Source: Candidatus Latescibacterota bacterium (lineage in GTDB: Bacteria > Latescibacterota > UBA2968 > UBA8231). From it: DNA of 64,000 bases. Both the position numbers and the translations under genes were made by a program. The DNA lies in contig OZ220089.1 of NCBI GenBank assembly GCA_964291625.2, forward strand, positions 3,968,001 through 4,032,000, read 5' to 3'. The notes beneath the pieces are model-generated. The model did not search any database, was not told the origin of the DNA, and saw only the letters and a list, made by a program, of their open reading frames with translations. This document shows, in pieces, positions 28,981-38,257 of the stretch. The number at the start of each line of letters is the position of its first letter. Position 1 is the first letter of the stretch.

Positions 28981-29290
28981 GTGAATCGCTCGCCTATTCT
29001 CCCTGCGTTTGTCTTGCTGTTGTGCTCCATTCCAGTCTACGGAAGTGCGAACATCACATGGGTTGACAACACAAAATGTCTACGTCGTGCTCATCAGTTT
29101 CCAGGACACATCTCCCCATGGATGGGACGACGGCAGTCCCACCAACACAGCCTATGCTGTTGGAGGATTTCGAGCGGCTCTTTGGAGCTGACGACGCTAC
29201 AGGATTCGGCCCCGACGATCCCCAGCACGTAGCAGGATCGGGAGAGGGCCCACAGGACCTTCCCGAGGTCTACGGTAGTATCCACTTCGA
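28981..29290 (+). pseudogene. Frameshifted N-terminal remnant of a secreted protein, probably an M6-family metalloprotease
   Basis: Signal peptide MNRSPILPAFVLLLCSIPVYG, then in other frames QNVYVVLISFQD and EDFERLFG...EVYGS, resembling the immune-inhibitor-A N-region. Confidence 0.5.
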
Positions 29291-29314
29291 CGCCCCTGGA
29301 AGGGGGCGCCCAAC

Positions 29315-30133
29315 ATGCCTACTCGAATCCTCTTCTTGGTTGCTTTGGTGGCCACGCCCGCCCTGTCCGAGACCAGTCCCCTGCAAGTCTCAGACTTCCT
29401 GCCTTTGAGTGTAGGAAACTCCTGGACATATAACTACCGCTACTACGACGGCAGGCCCACCCGCCCTGAGCCACTGGTCCATTACCAGGAAGTGACGATT
29501 TCGATTCTGCGAACCGAGGTCATCGACGGGCACACGTACTTTGTGTTCTCCGGTATTCCAGATGGAGTTCCCGTAGCCCCTGTTCATTCCATCGCCGACA
29601 AGAAGCTGCGATGGAAAGGAAACAATCTCATGCAGCACGATGGGGTGTCCGAGTACTCCATCTATCGCTTTCAGGACATCCCGACGCCGGTCCCTCCGCA
29701 GTCCCATGCCATGACTGAGAGGGAGCACTATGTGCTTGACCCAACCAAGGCGCACGGCGACACCCTTGGGACCGTGACTACGTCCATATCCCAGAGGGCC
29801 GCCGAGGCCATCTTTATCTTCTATGGACACACTGACCCGATCACACCCGAGGCAAAGGCAGAAAGAGGGGGGAGTTTCTTGAGAAACTTCGGCATGGTGG
29901 AGTGCGGTGATGCGGTCTACACTTCCCCTCACTACCTGGACGCAGATACTCACCTTACGTCCATCAGCGCTCGCCTGCTTGTCGAGGGAACCACGAATGG
30001 CGAGAGTGGCCCGCGCGACGGCGCGTATGTGGAGATCTCCTACTGGGACGCGATCTGGGGTAGATTCCCGGACTCTAGGACAGACTCGAACAGCTCCTCC
30101 TGGGGCAGCGTGAAGGCGGGAGCTTCCCGATGA
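29315..30133 (+). CDS. Secreted hypothetical protein, LPLxVGNSWTY family paralog 1, WG-K tail
   Basis: Signal peptide; DFLPLSVGNSWTY, ISILRTEVIDG, KKLRWKGNNL; ends SSSWGSVKAGASR. Confidence 0.85.
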   Translation: MPTRILFLVALVATPALSETSPLQVSDFLPLSVGNSWTYNYRYYDGRPTRPEPLVHYQEVTISILRTEVIDGHTYFVFSGIPDGVPVAPVHSIADKKLRWKGNNLMQHDGVSEYSIYRFQDIPTPVPPQSHAMTEREHYVLDPTKAHGDTLGTVTTSISQRAAEAIFIFYGHTDPITPEAKAERGGSFLRNFGMVECGDAVYTSPHYLDADTHLTSISARLLVEGTTNGESGPRDGAYVEISYWDAIWGRFPDSRTDSNSSSWGSVKAGASR

Positions 30134-30164
30134 ATCGCTTGCCTACCGCCTGTCTGGCCGTTCT

Positions 30165-30370
30165 GCGTGCGCCGCGACACGGACGAGGGCTGCCAGGAAT
30201 ATGTGGCCCGCCTGGCCGAAGCATCCGGCGTCGAGACTCTGACCCGTCAGGACCGGGTTCCAGGTGGACAAGAGAGTGGCTGAAGAAGGGCTCGAAGGCG
30301 GACTGGGAGCACCCGCTCGATCCCGAGGCCAGGTCACGAGGATGGCCGACGGGCGCTCGCGGCTGGGAGG
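30165..30370 (+). mobile_element. Internal transposase remnant (IS5/IS1182-type DDE)
   Basis: Frameshifted RDTDEGCQEYVARLAEASGVETLTRQD / KKGSKADWEHPLDPEAR / TRMADGRSRL resembles the RRDTG..LAEASG.ETPT..KKGSN..W..DP.ARI.KMKDGRT transposase block. Confidence 0.65.
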
Positions 30371-30727
30371 GTAAGCCCCCCTTTGTGCAGCAGCGGACGA
30401 GGCGAGGGTGCAGCCCCGGATGAGAGCGTCCTCCTGGTTTGTGGGAGGGTCTGTCGGCCGGCCCGTGATTCTCGTCGCGTTGGTCGGTTCGGCTGCCGGG
30501 CAAGAGGCCCGGGAGGTGACCCTGTACACACAAGCCGCACGTTACGAGAAAGGCGTGCATGTATGCGGAAAGGGGTGTTGGAATGTTGTAGGGGAGGAGT
30601 CCCCAACACTCGGCAGGAGAGCTTTTGACAAGCAGAGCAGCCGCCGTCCATCTGTTCCTGTGCGCGGGCAGGCAGAAGCAGGACCTGCCACTGGAGCCGC
30701 GTGGCGCAGCTGGAAAGGAGTGGTCCG

Positions 30728-33607
30728 ATGAGGACGTTCGCCCTGGGATGCCTGGAGGGGCTGATGCTGAGCGTGGAGGCCGGGGCCGAGTCCTGGGTCC
30801 GGGGCCGTGTGCGGTTGGCCTCGGGCGAGGCCGCGGCCGGAGTGCAGGTGATGCTCTTCGATGGTAGCCGCCTGGGCCGCCCGGCGCGCACCGTCACCGA
30901 TGAGGCCGGCCACTTCTCCCTGACCCGGGAGGCGATGGAGCAGGCCGCGTCGCGGCCTTCCCGCCCGGAGCTGGGCCCGAACTACCCCAATCCCTTCAAT
31001 CCTTCCACGATCCTGCCGTATCGGCTGCCGACCCGGGCCCGTGTCCGGCTGGATGTGTTCAACCTCCTGGGGCAGCGACTGTCCACCCTGGTGGACGAGG
31101 TAAAGCCGGCCGGCTCTCACACCGCGGCCTGGGACGGCCGGGACGGCTCGGGGCGGGCCCTGTCGGCGGGAGTCTACCTCTACCGGCTGACCGCCGGCGA
31201 GGTGCGCCGGACCCGTTCCATGGTGCTGCTCGACGGGGCGGCGGCCGGGGGTGCGGGTTCCCCCCCCTCCACGGATTGGGTGCCGCCGCGGGAGGAGCCT
31301 CAGGTCTACGGACTTGTCGTCTCGGGCCCGGGGCTGGTCCCGTACGTGGATCCGGGCTTCCGGGTGGGGGCGGGCGGCGCCTTCGTCGATGTCTCCCTGG
31401 AAGCCTCGGGCAGCGCCCCCCGGGCCAAGGCGGCCTCCGGCGGGGCCGGGCGGCTGGGCGATGTGGACAACAACGGCACCGTCGACCGCACCGACGCGCT
31501 CCTGGTGCTGCTGTACAGCCTGATGCCTTCCATCGTGCTGCCCAACGACGGCGATGTCTCCCTGGGCGACGTCAACCGGGACGGCCGGGTCGATGGGGCC
31601 GACGCCCAGCTCATCGAGGCCTACAGCGCCGATCCCTCCGACCCGGACCTGCCCCCAGGAATCGGGGCACCGGCGGGCATGGGTACCGGCGCCCGGAAGC
31701 TGTACTGGACGGATGCCGGCAGCGACCGGATCCAGCGCTCCGACCTCGACGGCTCCGGGGTCGAAGACGTCATCGACATCGGCTTGGTCACGCCGAGAGG
31801 CCTGGCTGTGGACCAACCCGGGGGCAAGCTCTACTGGACCGACTACGGCAGCGACCGGATTCAGCGGGCCGACCTCGACGGCTCCGGGATCGAAGAGATA
31901 ATCGCCACCGGCCTGGAGATCCCGCTGGCCGTGGCCGTCGATCCGTCAGCCGGCAAGATCTACTGGAGCGACAACGGTACGGACAAGATCCAGCGGGCCA
32001 ACCTCGACGGCTCCGGCGTGGAGGATCTGGTCACCGGCCTGCAGAGCCCGTTGAGCCTGGCTCTCGACACCGAGGCCGGCAAGCTCTACTGGACCGACAG
32101 CGGCACGGACAAGATCCAGCGGGCGGATCTCGACGGCTCCGGGATCGAGGATCTGATCACCGTCGGCCTGGACATTCCCCGGGGGCTGGCCCTGGATCCG
32201 TCGGCGGGCCGGCTCTACTGGACCGACAACGGCACCGGCAGAATCCAGCGGGCCAACCTCGACGGCTCCGGGGTCGAAGAGATAATCGCCACCGGCCTGG
32301 AGATCCCTCGGGCCCTGGTCCTGGATGCCGCGGGCGGAAAGCTCTATTGGGCCGACAGCGGCAGCGACCGGATCCAGCGGGCGAACCTCGACGGCTCCGG
32401 GATCGAAGACCTCGTGACCGGCCTGTCCAGTCCCCGCGGCCTGGCCCTGGTGAGGATGGCGTCTCCAGACGACGTCAGGGTCCCGGACGCCGCGTTGCGG
32501 TCGGTGCTGCAGGACAGCCTCGGCCTGGCGCCCGGCGATCCGATCCCGGCGGCCGAGCTGGCGAGGCTGACCGTGCTGGAGGCGCCCGACGCCGGCATCG
32601 TCGACCTGACCGGGCTCGAGCACGCCACCGGGCTGACCCGGCTCCACCTGGGTTGGGGCGCCACCCAGGACCTTCACGAAAACTCCAACGAGATCACCGA
32701 TCTGGCCCCTTTGTCGGGTTTGACGGTCTTGACATGGCTCCATCTCGGGGGCAACTCGGTGGTGGACGTGACGCCGCTGGCGGGCCTGACCGATCTGACG
32801 TGGCTGAACCTTCAAGGCAACCGGATCCAGGATGCATCACCCTTGCTGGGTCTGTCCGGCCTCACCCATCTATTTGTTGGGTTCAATCCCCTCCGGAATG
32901 AGTCGCTGCTCCTGGGCCTGACCGGTCTGATCGAAGATGATCTCCGTCGTCCGTCCACGTATCCCCAACTGGATTCCCCGCTGAACGACCTGGTTAGAGC
33001 CTACGAGGCCGCCCTCGAGGAGGGGAGAATCTCGAGTCGCATCGTTCCCGGCCACTGCGTCCGGGATACCTCCCCCCGTGAGTTCCGCACCTGGGATCTG
33101 TCCGAGCCAGCCCCCTCGATCCGGGTAGAGGTGGGCATCCTTGTGGAGAGTGTCGACTCCGTCGGCCGCTTTCTCGAGCAGCACGACATCTCCGTTGACT
33201 TGGAGACAGAGCATCTCGACGGATACACGTGGGGGACCTTCACGATTTGTGTGCCCTTGCCTCTGCTCGTCCCCCTGACGCAGCAGACGGGCGTCTTGAG
33301 GGCCCGCCTGTTTGTGCCTCCCGAGAAGGACTCTGTCACCGTCCCGGACTCGGCGCTGCGGGCGGTGCTGAAGGACAGCCTCGGCCTGGCGGCCGACGAG
33401 CCGATCTCACTACTTCAACGACCAGGTCCGAAGGGCCAGGCCTGCGGCCAGACGGAACTCGTATCGCTGTGGGAGAATTCGGGGACGAATACCTCTCAGG
33501 GAAGTCGAGGGGAGATGCCGAACCATGATCGAGCGACACCGTTCTGTTTTGCAGCGATCGGCTGGCGCTGCCAAGGCGTCGGCCCTGCCGTGGCGTCTGC
33601 GCCTTGA
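30728..33607 (+). CDS. Modular secreted protein: FlgD-Ig, dockerin, six YWTD/LDL-receptor class B repeats, LRR; 3' end truncated
   Basis: NYPNPFNPST; GDVDNNGTVDRTD/GDVNRDGRVDGAD; six (K/R)(L/I)YW(T/S/A)D..IQR.(N/D)LDGS; LTWLNLQGNRIQD; second VPDSALRAVLKDSLGL cap breaks off near 33410. Confidence 0.85.
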   Translation: MRTFALGCLEGLMLSVEAGAESWVRGRVRLASGEAAAGVQVMLFDGSRLGRPARTVTDEAGHFSLTREAMEQAASRPSRPELGPNYPNPFNPSTILPYRLPTRARVRLDVFNLLGQRLSTLVDEVKPAGSHTAAWDGRDGSGRALSAGVYLYRLTAGEVRRTRSMVLLDGAAAGGAGSPPSTDWVPPREEPQVYGLVVSGPGLVPYVDPGFRVGAGGAFVDVSLEASGSAPRAKAASGGAGRLGDVDNNGTVDRTDALLVLLYSLMPSIVLPNDGDVSLGDVNRDGRVDGADAQLIEAYSADPSDPDLPPGIGAPAGMGTGARKLYWTDAGSDRIQRSDLDGSGVEDVIDIGLVTPRGLAVDQPGGKLYWTDYGSDRIQRADLDGSGIEEIIATGLEIPLAVAVDPSAGKIYWSDNGTDKIQRANLDGSGVEDLVTGLQSPLSLALDTEAGKLYWTDSGTDKIQRADLDGSGIEDLITVGLDIPRGLALDPSAGRLYWTDNGTGRIQRANLDGSGVEEIIATGLEIPRALVLDAAGGKLYWADSGSDRIQRANLDGSGIEDLVTGLSSPRGLALVRMASPDDVRVPDAALRSVLQDSLGLAPGDPIPAAELARLTVLEAPDAGIVDLTGLEHATGLTRLHLGWGATQDLHENSNEITDLAPLSGLTVLTWLHLGGNSVVDVTPLAGLTDLTWLNLQGNRIQDASPLLGLSGLTHLFVGFNPLRNESLLLGLTGLIEDDLRRPSTYPQLDSPLNDLVRAYEAALEEGRISSRIVPGHCVRDTSPREFRTWDLSEPAPSIRVEVGILVESVDSVGRFLEQHDISVDLETEHLDGYTWGTFTICVPLPLLVPLTQQTGVLRARLFVPPEKDSVTVPDSALRAVLKDSLGLAADEPISLLQRPGPKGQACGQTELVSLWENSGTNTSQGSRGEMPNHDRATPFCFAAIGWRCQGVGPAVASAP

Positions 33608-33773
33608 CTCAAATGCACCCGCAAAGCCGGATGCCACCAGGAGCATTCGGCTTCCAACGCCCCGGAGCAGATCCTCCGGACTCTTGGCTCACGGCCCCGA
33701 AGGGAACCTCATGACTAGCATTCTGCTTCGATGCAGAGCGCGGATAGAGTCGCTCACATGCGGAGGGCTCAGG

Positions 33774-34613
33774 ATGACTTCGGGCATCCTAGCTGCGCTG
33801 TTGGTGGCTCCCGCACTCTCGCAGACGACCACGAGGACCTTCCAGATGTCTGACCACCTGCCGTTGGCCGTTGGAAACTCGTGGACGTACCTCATGAGCT
33901 ACCACGATGCCAGACGTGATCCCAACGCGACCACCCATCCCGTTTTTGAGAGCTTCGATCCGCCGACCCCTGAGGTGACCTTCACGATCCTTCGAACCGA
34001 AGTGCTCGATGGAGAGACCTACTATCTCTTCTCCGACGTACCTGCTGGATGGCCTCCTGCGCCGGCACACTCCGTAGCGGGCAAGAAGCTGCGGTGGGAC
34101 GGCGACAACCTCACTGAGCACGATGGCACCTCCTCGTTCTCGATACTCAGGTTCCGGGACACACCTTCCGGTGAAGGAGAATACTCATTCCAGGAGAATG
34201 ATGTCAGCGCATCCGATGCGAAGGGTGACACTTCTGTGAGGGTGGGAGCGGTCAGAAACGCCAATATGATGTCGAAGGTGTCATTTGCCTTTTCGGGAGG
34301 GCGCCCTTCCTCTGTGTCGCTGCGCACTGTTCACTTCGTCACAGGATACGGCATGACCTACTCCTCCGACGTACTGGTTCCCGAGGGCGAGTTCTATCCT
34401 GTTCTGGAGACGAGCCTGAGCCCTGTTCGAGCAACCATTCTCATGGCCGACTCGGCCACCAATTCCTCCAGGAGTGAGGATAGGTATAGCCACCGAACGA
34501 TCAAATTCCTTGACGTATTCGCTGCACAATCTGGCGACCGGCAGTTTCCTGAAGGAACCACAAGCTCCATCAGCAATGCCTCATGGGGTGAACTCAAGGA
34601 ATCGAGGTACTGA
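33774..34613 (+). CDS. Secreted hypothetical protein, LPLxVGNSWTY family paralog 2, WG-K tail
   Basis: DHLPLAVGNSWTY, FTILRTEVLDGETYY, GKKLRWDGDNL; ends NASWGELKESRY; start chosen at the signal-like Met. Confidence 0.82.
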   Translation: MTSGILAALLVAPALSQTTTRTFQMSDHLPLAVGNSWTYLMSYHDARRDPNATTHPVFESFDPPTPEVTFTILRTEVLDGETYYLFSDVPAGWPPAPAHSVAGKKLRWDGDNLTEHDGTSSFSILRFRDTPSGEGEYSFQENDVSASDAKGDTSVRVGAVRNANMMSKVSFAFSGGRPSSVSLRTVHFVTGYGMTYSSDVLVPEGEFYPVLETSLSPVRATILMADSATNSSRSEDRYSHRTIKFLDVFAAQSGDRQFPEGTTSSISNASWGELKESRY

Positions 34614-34703
34614 ATCAGCTGCGGGCAGCGCATGGATTTGACCGGTTTGTGGAAGTCGGGTGCGCGCCCTCCGCCTCTCCTCATTTCTGAAGAGATCTGT
34701 CCC

Positions 34704-35534
34704 ATGCTCGCTCGCATCGCAATACTGATCCTGTCCGCCTTGCCGTTGGCGGCGGAGACCCCGACTGTCCAAGCCTACTTGCCGCTGGCCGTCGGCAACT
34801 CGTGGACCTATCTCCACACCTACTCGGACGATAGGGAAAGGGAAGACGGCTCGCTCATCTACCCCCAAGGGTACACCGAGATGGAATTCACCATCTCCAT
34901 CCTCCGGACGGAAGTCATCGGCGGGGAGACCTACTTCGTCGTCTCGGACCTCCCCTCCAATCTCCCAACAGATGTTCCCAAACACTTTATTGCCGGCAAG
35001 AAACTCCGCTGGGATGGGAACAACCTGGTCGAGCATGATGGGACATCCGAAGTGTCGTTCTATCGCTTCTCCGTGGCTCAGGATGGACGGGATCCGATCA
35101 GAGGCGAATACGCAATATCAGAGACGCACGGAGATACTCTGATAGAGACGTACAGTAGCCGGAAGGGTTTTCGGCCTACGAACTATCAGGTCTTCAAGTT
35201 CAGAGGCCATGGGTACATAGATGGATGGAAGATGTCGAGAGGGATGTCTTTCATCATGAACTATGGCATTGATAGATCTTCAGAAGTCTACACGGGCGGC
35301 GATGCGATCTATGGCGACAACAGACTCAAGCCTCTCCGTGCGGTGCTGAATGCGGAAGGAGGAGAGAGTTCCGGGCAGCCCCGTTCATCCTCTTCCGTGA
35401 GGGTTTCATGGGATGACTTCAACTGCTACATGAGCGCCTATGACACCCGGTACGACGACACCTGCAATTACCCTCCCGCCTCCACCGCCAAGTCCCCCAC
35501 CACTTGGGGCTCAGTCAAGGATGAAGGGAGATAG
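34704..35534 (+). CDS. Secreted hypothetical protein, LPLxVGNSWTY family paralog 3, WG-K tail
   Basis: MLARIAILILSALPLAA signal; YLPLAVGNSWTY, GKKLRWDGNNL; ends PTTWGSVKDEGR. Confidence 0.85.
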   Translation: MLARIAILILSALPLAAETPTVQAYLPLAVGNSWTYLHTYSDDREREDGSLIYPQGYTEMEFTISILRTEVIGGETYFVVSDLPSNLPTDVPKHFIAGKKLRWDGNNLVEHDGTSEVSFYRFSVAQDGRDPIRGEYAISETHGDTLIETYSSRKGFRPTNYQVFKFRGHGYIDGWKMSRGMSFIMNYGIDRSSEVYTGGDAIYGDNRLKPLRAVLNAEGGESSGQPRSSSSVRVSWDDFNCYMSAYDTRYDDTCNYPPASTAKSPTTWGSVKDEGR

Positions 35535-35686
35535 ACCATTGGGACTCCCCTATCTGCTGGTGATCTTGTCGCCGCGCGCACCGAGAAGGACGAGCACCTC
35601 CCGCGCCGCACCGGGCAGGTCATGGCCGACTACCGGGCGCGGACGGTGCACTGACCTCCCTCCGGCATCCTGTAGGAGCAGGTTCG

Positions 35687-37867
35687 ATGAAGAAAGCTCC
35701 GTTGTTCCGCATGGCCTTGCTATCGGCGGGTGTCCTGTGCCCGCAGGAGAGTCCTGCCCAGGACCACACTCGCCGGGGATTGCCCGACGGCGCCCTCGCC
35801 CGTCTGGGCAATGGCGGCATCGGTTGGGGCGACCGGGCGGTGGCCTGGTCCCCGGACGGCACGCGGCTGGCGGTGGCCAGCGAAACCGGCATCTGGCTCT
35901 ACGATCCCGCGACCGGGGCCGACGTCGCCCTGCTCACCAGCCCCAGGGTGTCGGTCGAGTCGGTGTCGTTTTCTCCGGATGGGGCGCGGCTGGCCGGTGC
36001 CGTTGTCGACGGGACCGTTCGACTGTGGGACGTGGCCAGCGGCCGGGAAACAGGCACTCTGCAGGGCCATACGTCCAAGGTCACTTCGGTGTCGTTTTCT
36101 CCGGACGGGGCGTTGCTGGCCAGTGGCAGCTATGACGGTACGGTTCGATTGTGGGACGTGGCTACCGCTGAGGAAGTGTCCACCCTTCACCATACGCTTA
36201 CGTCCTCGGTCAGTTCAGTGTCGTTTTCTCCGGATGGGGTGCTGCTGGCCAGTGGCGGTTCGGACACGATTCGATTGTGGAACGTGGTCAGCGGCGGGGA
36301 AAGGGGCACTCTTCAAGGCCATACGTCCTATGTGGCTTCGGTGTCGTTTTCTCCGGATGGGGTGCTGCTGGCCAGTGGCAGCTATGACGAGACGGTTCGA
36401 CTGTGGGAGGTGGCTACCGGCCAGGAGACAGCCACTCTCCAAGGCCATGTGTCCCATGTCCATTCAGTGTCGTTTTCCCCGGACGGGGCGAGGCTCGCCA
36501 GCGGCAGTTCGGCCGGCACGGTTCGATTGTGGGACGTAGCCGGAGGTCGGGAGACAGCCACTCTCCAGGGCCATTTGGATTGGGTCACTTCGGTGTCGTT
36601 TTCCCCGGATGGGGCGAGGCTCGCCAGTGCCAGTTGGGACGAGACGGTTCGATTGTGGGACGTAGCCGGCGGCCGGGGAACAGCCACTCTTCACCATATG
36701 GGCCGGATCACTTCGGTGTCGTTTTCTCCGGACGGGGCGTTCCTGGCCAGTGGCAGCTACGACGGTACGGCTCGGATTTGGGACGTGCCTGCCGCCCAGG
36801 AAACAGCCACTCTTCACCATACGGGCCGGGTCAGCTCAGTGTCGTTCTCTCCGGATGGGGCGCGGCTGGCCAGTGGCGGTTCGGACGCGGTTCGATTGTG
36901 GGCCGTCGTCTGCGGCCAGGAAACAGCCACTCTCCAGACCTCCCCGGTCTAGGCAGTGTCGTTTTCCCCCGATGGGGCCCTGCTGGCCGGTGTCAGTGGG
37001 GACGGGACAATCCGGCTGTGGGACGTAGTCAGCGGCCGGGAAACAGCCGCTCTCCATACCTCTCCGGGCCGGTCGGTGTCGTTTTCGCGGGACTGGGCGC
37101 TGCTGGCCCGCGGCAGTGGGGACGACACGTACGGCACGATTCGACTGTGGGACCCGGTCAGCGGCCAGGAGACAGCCACCCTCCGGGGCCACAGGTCCGC
37201 GGTCAGTTCGGTGTCGTTTTCTCCGGATGGGGCGCTGCTGGCCAGTGGCAGTCTGTACGGCACGGTTCGACTGTGGGACGTGGCCAGCGGTCAGGAGAAG
37301 GCCGTCCTCCAGAGCCATACGTCGATCGTCCGTTCATTGTCGTTTTCGCCGGATGCGGCGCTGCTGGCCAGTGCCGGTGACGACGAGACGGTGCGGTTGT
37401 GGGACGTAGCCGACGGCCGGGAAACAGCCACTCTCCTGGGCCATACGCACAGGGTCCGTTCGGTGGCGTTCTCTCCGGATGGGGCGCGGCTGGCCAGCAG
37501 CAGTGAGGACGGCACCATCCTGCTGTGGGACATGGCCCCGTACGTCACCGCCCATTCCGCAGTCGAAGCCTCTACGCCAACTCTGCCGGCGCAGACGGCG
37601 CTGCTGGCCAACTACCCCAACCCCTTCAACAGCCGCACCCGGCTCGCCTACCGCCTGGCGGCGCCCGGCCCCGTGCGGCTGGAGATCCACAACGCCCTGG
37701 GGCAGCCGGTGCGGACCCTGGTGGATCAGGTCCAGGCCGCCGGCGAATGCCAGGTCGCCTGGGACGCCCGCGACGGTCGGGGCACGGCCTTGGCGATGGG
37801 GGTCTATCTGGCGCGCCTGCGCGCTCCCGACGCTGTGCGTACGCGCCGGCTGCTATACCTCAAGTAG
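35687..37867 (+). pseudogene. 14-repeat WD40 protein with C-terminal FlgD/T9SS-like domain, interrupted by in-frame TAG at 36950-36952
   Basis: ORFs 35687-36952 and 36956-37867 share a frame: QTSPV*AVSFSPDG; GLPDGALARLG leader; NYPNPFN C-domain. Confidence 0.8.
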
Positions 37868-38257
37868 CGCGGTCATGACCCCGGAAACTGCTCTCCGCAA
37901 TGACCCCTCTCGCAATCTCAGAGGATTCAACCCTGTACCTCAACGCACGGATTCTGGAACACGCAAGGACTCACTCAATGTTGACATGGTCCCACTACCG
38001 GCACCACCCAATGGCGCCCTTTGCCGTAGCTCAGCCAGGCCTGATGGGCCGCGGAGTAGTGCCGTCCAGGCCATAGCCCAGGATCTCTTCTCCGGGCGGC
38101 ACATGGGGCCAGGCCTCCCTCTTCAGGAATCGGCGCGGCCGGCCGCCGTGGTCATCGGCGGCGCCCTGGTAGGCCGGGCGGGCTCGGCGCTCCTCCAGGG
38201 AGCGGCGCACCGCCTCGGTCTTGCTCTCTCCTGTGAGGAGGGAACCTCGACGGACCG

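Noticed and set aside
31690-32450. DNA repeats of about 130 bp as a non-coding repeat element
   Set aside because: Fully explained by six coding YWTD propeller repeats.
28550-35600. Integron cassette array
   Set aside because: Genes are co-oriented and lower in GC, but I found no integron integrase and no recurring attC-like (RYYYAAC...GTTRRRY) sites between them.
36950-36952. Genome-wide TAG recoding or pyrrolysine
   Set aside because: TAG terminates several well-defined genes here, and there is no pyl gene or methyltransferase context.
37870-38250. Lower-GC intergenic stretch as ncRNA or small gene
   Set aside because: Only a short motif-less ORF and no recognisable RNA structure; cannot support a call.
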